A DNA stretch of 63,921 bases, filler included, from Conidiobolus incongruus B7586 (lineage: Eukaryota), in NCBI GenBank assembly GCA_000697335.1. It is 19 parts of 19 records of this genome, joined end to end, with 100 filler letters (N's around TTAATTAATTAA, not from the genome) between each part and the next. Parts side by side here need not be neighbours in the genome. Positions count along the whole stretch, not along the records: positions 51,815 to 59,353 come from JNEM01005418.1; positions 59,454 to 62,617 come from JNEM01005423.1; positions 62,718 to 63,921 come from JNEM01005430.1; 16 more parts are not named here. The stretch is one strand, 5' to 3'. Positions 53,956-63,921 of this stretch are shown here, in pieces. Position numbers and translations under genes: made by a program. The notes beneath the pieces were generated by a model. It searched no databases. It was not told where the DNA came from and saw only the letters and a program-made list of their open reading frames with translations. Position 1 is the first letter of the stretch, and each line of letters begins with the position of its first letter.

Positions 53956-55494
53956 CTAATTCCTCAAAGCGATTTTCACTCTCATTCTCTTTTCTTTTGG
54001 TTTGTATAAAAATTTAAAAACAGGTGTCAAATCTTTATCAACTAATTCCATTTCAAAATTTCTAATAAGATTAGCTAATACCAAGTACAATTCACTCCAT
54101 GCCAATTCACGACCTATACAAGACCTTGGACCAGTACTAAATGTCAACAATTTGGCTTTGTTTTCTTCCTTGTCTTCTCCTAACCAACGATTAATATCAA
54201 ATTTATTGGGTTCTGACCAGAATTCGGGATCATGATGTTGATTATAAATAGGAAGCATAATCTTAGTCTAGTAATACAAATTAATAGATGACATATAAAT
54301 TTATAAATTATGCTATACCTTCTCTGGGAGATAATGACCACATATAGTCACTCCTCCTTTGGGAACAACCCGAGGTAAACCACCAGCAGCGACGGGATGT
54401 TTTCTCATTCCTTCTAAAATCGCTGCCTCTAATAATACCAATTCTGATTTCGCTTGGTCAAGAGGAATTGGATCATTCAAATGTGGAAACTTTGTTAAAA
54501 CTTCATTTTCGACTAATTTATATATATCAGGATTCTTCAATAGCTCGTACAAAGTCCAAGTAAGTGTATTTGCAGTAGTATCCATCCCGGCAAAAAGTAT
54601 AGTCATGCACTGATCAACAATTTCGGTATTCGTTAATTTGTCACCAGTTTCAGGGTCTTCACTATCGATTAAGCTCTGCAAAATATCATTATAAGATTTG
54701 CCTCTTAATTTGGCATTTTGTCTATATTTGATATTTTCTAAAATAACTGGGGTATATTCTTTAACAATTGGAATTGATATCTTTGAATAAAAAGGGATAA
54801 TTGTACGTAAAAATACCATGATCTGTGCTTTAGCCAATTCTTTAATATAATGCTCTCCTTTTAGTTGATCGTCGGTAGTGTTGCAATCTTTCCCAAAAAC
54901 TAGTTTGCTAATGACGTCGAGGGTGCTACAATGAAAGAGGTGAAACAAGTCGAATACTTCCTCATGATTATATAAATATCTAGACTTGATAGAATCTACT
55001 AATCTTTGACTACCAACATTATAAATAGTACTCTCGATATTCGATAGGGTTTTGGTACTAAAGGCAGGTAACACTAATCTCTTAATTTTGGAGTGGAAAT
55101 CTTTTTCAGTAGCTGAGAACAAATTGGGACCGTTAATATCGAAAGATTTATAATTATCGACTTTTTTAAACTTATAAGTTTGCCAATATTTCCTAGCTGT
55201 TGAATCGTGAACTAAAACAAATTTTCCTAGTAAATGAACAACCGGACCATAATCTCTAACGAGATTTAGCATATAAGTGCAGTCTCCAATTGCACGAGTG
55301 TAGTATAATTGAAATATATGACCAATAACATTTTTAGGTCTAGGTAAATTTCGATAAGGACTTAAATAATAAATATATACTACATAATAGTATATTTGAT
55401 ATAGAATAAAACCAAAGAAAGCCCAGCTAATGAACTTTAATAAGTTGTAAAAATAATCAAAAGGATTGAATTGAATTTGGTACATAGTTGACAT
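53956..55494 (-). CDS. Cytochrome P450, 495 aa; exons 55494-54319 and 54267-53956
   Basis: N-terminal TM, I-helix AGMDTT, EGMR (ExxR), heme motif FSTGPRSCIG. A 51-nt GTATAG...CTAG intron (54268-54318) joins GHYLPEK to TKIMLPIY in frame. Confidence 0.95.
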
Positions 55495-57299
55495 TGATTA
55501 ATATTAGTTAATGACAAATTAGAGTTTGTAAAAGATCTGATATTCACCTATTTATACAAACCAAAAATAATGTAACATTGAATTATTTTTTATTATCACA
55601 TGTATCAAATTGAATTCATTAGTAATTTTTTAATCAATCATATTCCAATTAATTTTTAATTAATACAGGGTTCAGTTTCAATCAATACCTTATTAGTTTA
55701 AATTCCATTTTTCTAATTGATATACTTATATACAATTATATTATAAATATATATATATGTTATACATAATTTCAATATTCACATTAATTCATAACCTAAG
55801 TATTGTTATTTTTAATATACTATAAATTATAGAAAGGCTAGACATTTAAAATTAGAAATAATATTAATTATTGAATTCATTTATATAACAATATATATAT
55901 ATATATATATATAATTGTGCAATAATTAGATACAACATATTAATTTATTTATAAACCGTTTTTATTAATTTATTAAAAATTTTGAATCATTGTTACATTA
56001 AACTAAAAATCAAATGATTTTGATATTTATGTTTAAGAAATTATTCATCAATAAAAATGAATTGTTGCATAAATATAGTATATATAATATTTCTATGACA
56101 CTGAACGAATCCTGAAGTACTAAATAGAATATGTGGTTGATATTTCAGGTTAAATGTTTGATATTATTTGTGGTCTGATATGAAATTATATTACCCCTAA
56201 CTGACCTAATCATTTTTGAAGATTATCACATTAAATAAATTAAGGCCCGAAAAAAAATTATTAACTTTAACAATTATATTTTTTACTTGTATTGTATCTA
56301 TATATACATTTAGAGATTTAAACTATATTGACACGGTATATATTCTGTTTCAACTGTTTAATATGCTCTATGGAGGAAAACATAAATTATGATTTGAGTA
56401 ATTCAGTAGTATATCAAGGTAGTGTATTTATAATATTTATTTTAAATTGTATCAAGCATTTCAATATTTACTTTTATTTTCAAATTTCGAATATTTGAAA
56501 AATAATTAAAAATTATACCTTTCAAACCATTGTAATAGAACAGTATAAAAAATAAATCTAATTTATCACCATATTAATGATATAGTACATATCACATCAA
56601 TCTCATTAATGATATAATATATTATTTGGTTAAATAATGAACTCATAAGATATGGTTTTCAATATTTGTTTAATAATAATATTTTCAAACTGTTATTCAA
56701 AATTTCCTCATTAACTAGGATGACAAATTGAAAAATTATATCATATATTAGATCCATTTTGAATTTATATAATTATAATTCACTTAAGACTAACTATTTT
56801 AATAAATATCTCTTATTTTCAGTTTTAAATTTGAAATTATAATTTAAATAAACACTTATGGTTCAATATTCAGGAATAATAATGAAAATATATTCAGATA
56901 TACTATTCAGGGCCCAATTGATATATAGTGAAGAGAATACAATGTTCTTAATATACAACATATTTTTTCAATGCTTTAAAATCATTATTAAATATAAAGT
57001 AGTTGAATAATCTATATTGTAAAGTTTAATCAAATAATGAGTTCAAATAAGGTCATACTAAATTATAAGCTAATATATATATACAAATATATTATAAATT
57101 CATTTTGAAAGATATTTTAAATATAATGTTTAGTTCAAAAATTTCCCATTATGTATTTATTAGTCAATTAAGAACAAAGAGTGATAATAATTACATGTAA
57201 TATATATTCTCATAATTATATTTTAGAATATAATAGTGATATTAATAGATCAGATGATTATTTATTAATTGGAGTTGATAATCTTTACTTCCTAATAAA

Positions 57300-58576
57300 T
57301 ATTAGTATAGAAATTAAATAATGATATAATTTTGAAATTAAAATGAAACAAATAAATTAATTAATAATATATAAAAATTAATGAATAATATAGAATTAAT
57401 AACCTCTTTTATTATTAATAACCCTTTTTTATAATTTTAATAAGCTTCTAATAACTAAAAAATAGTTCTTTTTATTAAAGACTCAAATTTAATATTTTAT
57501 GAACTAATTTAATTTGTTTACAGGAGTTTTTTTCTTGTAAGCTGTTTTTTAATTGTCTAAAACAATTATAATTATATAAGTTATAATCAGATGAATATAC
57601 TAGATTTGGAAAGTCCTTTTATTTTTTTTATATAAAAAATCTTTTATAGCTTTAACTTTATATATTTTATAATTATTATAAAGAATAATAAATAGTTTTA
57701 ATTTATATTGAGAATATTATTTAAAGATTATTTTATTTAAAAAATTAATATATAATTTACTATTAATTGATTTTTTTAAGGTATTAAATAAAAAAGCCAT
57801 ATAACATTATAATCCATTATAATAATTAACATTCACTTATATTTAAAGTACTTATTCATTAGAATTTATAAAGAGGATTAATTTAGTTTAACCTAACATC
57901 TTGTTTTATTTTTAAGTAAAGAATTATATAAAGGAATTTAAGATTTATTAATTACTAGTATTTATTATAAAAACTTTTGCTTTTGGTTATATTTTAATAA
58001 GTTTAGTTTAACTATAGATATTTTGGTTTTTTTTTTAATTTTTTGTTAAATTATATGATATCCATTTTATACTTTTATTAATTAATTTAAATTTAAACTT
58101 GAGTAAATATAACATGCTTATATAGTTAATATTAAATTACTTTAATATTTCTTTAACAGAAATAAAAGGGTATTTTTTATTATATTCTTTTACTCTATTA
58201 GTAAATAAAAAAGTAACAATAGAAATTAATTTTTTAGACTTTGGTATATTTTAAATAATATTCCTTTTAGTTTTAAAATCACAAATCTAGCAATATATGG
58301 TAGTTTTAAATAAAACACCATCTCCATAAGCTGTTTATAAGTTTTAAATAATTTTAAAGGATTTATGGTTAAGTTTTAAAAATACAAAAATAAAAACTTT
58401 TTGATAATCATAATTTAGTTTAAATATAATTAAATTTAAATATAAATTTTAAAATCAAACTATTTTAATAAAAAAACAATTAAAATTAAATATATATAAA
58501 ATTATTCAAAAATTTATAATATATTTGAAAGATCAGAAATTAAAAAATTTGCCATTTTTTAATTTCCTTATTAATA
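57300..58576 (-). mobile_element. Mariner full-length copy, diverged subfamily
   Basis: Interior collinear with the other copies; ends TATTAGTATAGAAATTAAATAATG / CCATTTTTTAATTTCCTTATTAATA are imperfect inverted repeats. Confidence 0.82.
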
Positions 58577-58977
58577 TTATTAAAATTTCTGCATTTATAT
58601 ACTAAACTTAATATAACTTAATATGAATAATTAAGTAATTATAATATTTAATAATGTTATATTACAAGGTAAAAATTTTTTATCAATAATTTACTAAATT
58701 TATCATTCAAACAAAACTTTTTATACCTTGTCACAAAATGAATTTAAATAATATAAATAATGATATAACTTTGAAACATAGCCAAAATAGAAAAATTTTA
58801 AGTAAATATTTATTTTGAATAATATATTTGATTTAATTTTATTTTAATTTTTATAAAATATATTATATTAGTTCTATTAATTCTATTATTGGAATAGTTC
58901 TAATATATAATAGCTTTAGTATATCAGAAATAATAAATATATTATTGTAATGTTTTAATATCTATATCCCAAATTAA

Positions 58978-59353
58978 TTATTATTATAGAAATCAAATAA
59001 TGGCATAATTTTCAAATTAAATTTAAATATAAATATAAATATATAATTGATTAATTTTATTACTTAGTATAAACTTAATATTCTTTTTTATTTTTAATAA
59101 CTTTTTGCTATATTTTTAATAAGTTTCTAATATTTAACAAAAAGTTTTTTTATTAAAAATTAAAATTTAATATTTTATAAACTAATTTAATTTATTTATA
59201 GAATTTTTTCTCTTATAAACTTAATTTTTAATTGCTCAAAAAAATTAAAATCATATAAGGTATAATTAGGTGAAAATATTAAATATAATATATTTTTAAT
59301 TTATTTATAGAAAACTTTTTATAAGTATAACTTTATATATTATATAATTTTAT
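58978..59353 (-). mobile_element. Mariner 3' end fragment
   Basis: TATAGAAATCAAATAATGGCATAATTTT end and sequence paralleling 57300-57680. Confidence 0.75.
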
Positions 59354-60680
59354 NNNNNNNNNNNNNNNNNNNNNNNNNNNNNNNNNNNNNNNNNNNNTTA
59401 ATTAATTAANNNNNNNNNNNNNNNNNNNNNNNNNNNNNNNNNNNNNNNNNNNNTAAAATTAAAGATTTTTTATTTATTATTGATATTTTTTTATTTTATT
59501 ATAAATACAAAATATATATTTATTGGTTAATAAGATAATTGATATATATTTTAATTTATATGATAGTAATATTTTGTAAAAACTAGATTATTTATCGTAG
59601 CTAATATTTGCAACTATACTGTTTATATATAAATCAAAAAATTACTCAAATTTAATTTATTATAGTTAATTATATAATGATATATTATAAAATATTTACT
59701 ATTATATATTTTATTTTTATTGATTTAATAATCAGAAATTTCATAATATAAATCAATATATTTTTAAAATTAAGTTTAAATAAAGTATTGATTTATTAGA
59801 ATTTAATTTATAGGAGTAATAAAATAATATATTATAAAGTTATATATGTATTAATATTATATGTAATTTTTTATAAATATATTTATGATATAATTTTATT
59901 ATATGGGTTAAAAAAATATGTTTTAATTAAAATCAATTTTGACATAATATTTAGAATTTAATAATAGTAAGATTATAAATATTATTATATTTAAATAAAA
60001 TATTTAAAATTATTTATAATTTTAATTAAAATTTTAATTAAAATTTTAATTTTTTAAACAAATTATGTTAAAATTAAATTGAATTTGAAATTTAAAATAT
60101 TTATATTATAAAGTATATCTTAAACAATTTAATAATAATTGGTGAAATGATCATACTCATTCTAATCTTATTTATAATATAAACTAATTAAAATAATAAT
60201 TTAATATATTTATCATTTAAAAATATTATTCAGTTCTATTTAAATATCAATCCAATATAAAATAATAGATTTGTAAATTTTATAATTTTAAAATATATAT
60301 CAATTGATATATTTGTAAATTCAAAGTAATATATTATAGCAATAATTGCTATATACATATATACATTTATATATTCTATATTTTTTTATTTATAAATAAA
60401 TCTTACAAATTAATTTTTAATCAAATTAAATTATTATTTCTTAATAATAAATATAAAATATATATCATAGTAATAAATGTAATAAATCATTTTAAAATGT
60501 TAAATTATGAACATTAAACTAATTGTAATACATTATAGTATTCTTAAAAATTATGTTAGATATAATAATACAAAATGGTAATTGATTAATATAAATCGAT
60601 TTTTTATAATAAAGTATTGAACGATGATTACATCATAGTCACAATCTTTATGTGATATAGGCTGATTATAGTGTTTTCCT

Positions 60681-61568
60681 TTATTTCAATTTTTTAATAA
60701 ATAACCTTTTAATTTGACATCTTATTTCTTCACTAAATAATAAAATATACATCGGATTACTCAAAGGGATAAAATGAGCTAAAAAACTCGTAATATTATC
60801 CAACAGAACTGGTGGATACACATTAAGGAGTCTGTAAACAAATTGAATGGTCATAAAAGGATACACATTCAAAATATAGATAGATAACATTAATTGCAGT
60901 TTTTTGATAATTATATTTGTCCTATATTTCATCTGTACTGCAAAATGTTCTCTATTGATTGTATCATGGACGATCATTTCATCATCAACAATAATATTAG
61001 AATTTATAAGGTGAATTATAATTTTAATGTAACAAATTGTAGTAATTAATATACTAATGCTGACTTGGAAACCCATTGAGTATTGAAAAAAATTGAGCAA
61101 AATGTCATGAGGATCGAAACGAATAGCACAATATTTTCCAGATGGGTAGAGTGTAAAATAATCAAAATGGATAGGAAGATAAGAATATACCAAATTAATT
61201 ATCACAATACAACAATTGATAATAATTCTACAGTATACACTGATTGTCCGATTCCTACAACATTTCAAAAATCTCGACCAACTCAAAAATCCTACCAAAC
61301 TCAAACTTGACACTCCAGAACAAATGAAGATGTACCCGTTCCAATTACAATACACAGTATTAAAACTGATGCTTGGGTCAACACATTTCAAGATTAGATT
61401 AATTATTGAAAACCCCCCAATGATCAAATCTACCACAATGATTAAACAATAATTGACTGTTTGATTCCAATCTTTAAAATTTTTAAAAATTACTATAGTT
61501 ATTAATATATTGATTATTATGGATATGATAGATATTGTTAATTCGATTATATCTATAACTAAATTCAT
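60681..61568 (-). CDS. Rhodopsin-like (class A-like) 7TM receptor
   Basis: 295 aa, 7 hydrophobic segments, TM1 Asn, TM2 VDL, TM3-top Cys (YCNW), SRF at the DRY position, ECL2 PSGKYC, TM7 SNPMY plus helix 8. Confidence 0.8.
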   Translation of the reverse strand: MNLVIDIIELTISIISIIINILITIVIFKNFKDWNQTVNYCLIIVVDLIIGGFSIINLILKCVDPSISFNTVYCNWNGYIFICSGVSSLSLVGFLSWSRFLKCCRNRTISVYCRIIINCCIVIINLVYSYLPIHFDYFTLYPSGKYCAIRFDPHDILLNFFQYSMGFQVSISILITTICYIKIIIHLINSNIIVDDEMIVHDTINREHFAVQMKYRTNIIIKKLQLMLSIYILNVYPFMTIQFVYRLLNVYPPVLLDNITSFLAHFIPLSNPMYILLFSEEIRCQIKRLFIKKLK

Positions 61569-62215
61569 TTAAATATCAAAAAAAAAAAATAGAATCAAAT
61601 AAAATAAGAGTGATAAATAGCGGCAATGAGATTTTTATACTAGTCAAGGAGTTTTGTCAAATTGAAGAATAATTTTTCAGAATTTGATTATGTTAGATTG
61701 ATTGTTAGATTAAGTTCTCATTATATTTGCCACCACCCACTAAACCTTAACAGATTTACTCAAAATTTGTTATCTCTAATTAAATTATCTTTTATTAAAA
61801 TAGAATTAGAGGATAAAATAAATATAACCTTAAATGTAATTATTTAAATATACCATTGTAAGAATTTTAATATATTGGGTAAATGGCCAATAACCTGAAT
61901 TTAACGAACTGCTTGTTAAATAAATGTATAAGTGTAAATTGAGGAATATTTTTGAGTATATGGTACTTTATTGTTCCTTCTCTTAACAATGAAATATTGT
62001 TGATTATAATATTATATGCATTAGAAAATTTTATTAATTTTAATTAATTAATAAGCTTTTGAAATTAATAATAGTGGTTTGTTGAATATTTCCTTGCATG
62101 TGTAATGTATAACAAATTTTAATATTTCAGATCATTAAATTGTTTGATATATTAAGGTGTTATTGACAGTACTTGTGAAACATTAAAAAATAAATTAGAA
62201 AAATAATCATCGATA

Positions 62216-62288
62216 TGGAGAATCGGGGTATCGATCCCCGTGCCTCTCGCATGCTAAGCGAGCGCTCTACCATTTGAGCTAATTCCCC
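62216..62288 (-). tRNA. tRNA-Ala(AGC)
   Basis: GGGGAATTAGCTCAAATGGTAGAGCGCTCGCTTAGCATGCGAGAGGCACGGGGATCGATACCCCGATTCTCCA. Full cloverleaf, G3:U70 pair, no intron, T5 terminator just downstream. Confidence 0.97.
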
Positions 62289-62717
62289 ATTGAATCGCTT
62301 AACAATATTTCAAATTACATCACTATTGTACTTAATCTCATTCAACCAATTTACCAGCCCATTTTAAATAATTTCAATATTGATCTTACTTTAGGTTCTA
62401 TCACCCATATACTTAACATTTAATTATATCCATCATTTACTCCAATATCAACCAAAATATTAAAATTATTATAATTTTTCAAACTGTATAATAAAATTAT
62501 ATCTATTTAATCATTTATTTCAATTAATATTTAATTAATAATCTTTTTAATTAATATTAAAATATATATTTCAAAATTAAAAAAATATTTTAATTTAATA
62601 TTATTTTAATTTATTTTNNNNNNNNNNNNNNNNNNNNNNNNNNNNNNNNNNNNNNNNNNNNTTAATTAATTAANNNNNNNNNNNNNNNNNNNNNNNNNNN
62701 NNNNNNNNNNNNNNNNN

Positions 62718-63887
62718 AATAAATTAACTTATGAAATTATTAGGATTATTAATATTAGCTAATCTATTATAACTAAAGTTATTAAGTATAATGTTAAAAA
62801 AACACCTAAACTAAAACTGAAGTATGTTAAAATTATAGTTAAACATGATAAAAAATATATTTATAGATTAATTAATATAGGAAAGTATAATATTACTATA
62901 GAAGTATAATAAGAAATATAAAACTATATAAAAATATTAGTTAGTATAAATACTATTATATATATTTTATGTTAGAATAAATATTATTTATATCTCAAAA
63001 AAAACACCCTTAATTAAAAAAGTTTAATTATAAAGCTAAATAGGAGTTTAAATACCTATATTAAAGTTAAACTAAAATTAACTAAACTAAAGTTATTCAG
63101 TTTAATAAAACAGAAATATATTTTAATAAATTTAATAAAAAAGATAAAAAAATTATTTTAAAACTATTATATTATTATAGCTTAAAAATATAATAATAGG
63201 TTAATTATAGTTTAAAAATATATGTTATTTTTAAGTATAAGATATTTTTATAAAGTTAATAAGAGAATTAATATTGAAATATATTGAAGTATTTTAAACA
63301 ATAAATTGAAAAAAACTATTGAGTAAAGTAAGTTAAATAAATCAGATATTATTTTTTCACAAGATAAAACCTTTTGTTATATTACAAATTTTATTATTAA
63401 ATGGCTTAAAAATAACAAAACAATTATTATAAAATAACCTCCTTAATTTTTTAATTTTAATCTAATTAAATATTTTTAATATCAATTAAAAAAATTAATT
63501 AAAGCTTTCCTTTTAACAAAAAGTTTAAATTTACTTTAAAAATATATTTAAAAATCTCAGAATAATATTAGTTTTACTTAATATAAAAAGCTAGTTGACT
63601 TTATACCCTATAAACTTAAAAAAAAATAGAAAAAATGATAAATATATTATATATTAATTTTTCTATCAATACTAAAACCTACAAATTTATAACTTATTTT
63701 AGATATATATTTAGTTTTAATATATCAATTCATAATTAATTAAATTTAACTTTAAATATTATTTTATAAGTAAAAAATATATATTTATTATATAGTTTAA
63801 TATAAATTTATTTAAATTAGAATTAATTAAGATATTAATAGAAATATTAATAATTTTAATTTTATAACTTATTTTTTCAAGTTAGTA
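62718..63887 (+). mobile_element. Tc1 copy, 5'-truncated by gap
   Basis: Collinear with ~11120-12290; right end TTTTATAACTTATTTTTTCAAGTTAGTA|TA; subterminal region most like the 47080 copy. Confidence 0.88.
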
Positions 63888-63921
63888 TATATTTTAGTTA
63901 ATAATTTAATTAATTTTTATT

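Noticed and set aside
53956..54258. Separate 100-aa ORF, or truncated P450 pseudogene
   Set aside because: It is exon 2; a canonical 51-nt intron restores a full P450.
16960..61568. MFS + P450 + GPCR as a metabolic gene cluster
   Set aside because: No backbone synthase, and the genes are spread over >40 kb with many gaps.

Overview
Extremely AT-rich eukaryotic scaffold, most plausibly from an early-diverging fungus. The gene set (Mch/MCT-type MFS, fungal-type P450 with a 51-nt intron, class-A-like GPCR) fits Entomophthorales/Conidiobolus, but this is inference only. It is broken by 18 artificial 100-nt gap linkers (N44-TTAATTAATTAA-N44). Intact genes: a hypothetical protein, two monocarboxylate-type MFS transporters (with two pseudogene paralogues between them), two paralogous 14-Cys secreted/GPI-type proteins, a two-exon P450, a 7TM receptor and tRNA-Ala(AGC). 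Much of the apparently random AT-rich DNA is dead transposons: at least 7 copies of an IR-DR-type Tc1 (DD34E), at least 6 copies of a mariner (DD34D), Ty3/gypsy pol remnants and two solo-LTR-like families. The long repeats keep their reading frame but are saturated with C>T/G>A transitions, while short or diverged duplications are spared. That pattern points to a RIP-like repeat-mutating genome-defence system and is the main finding.
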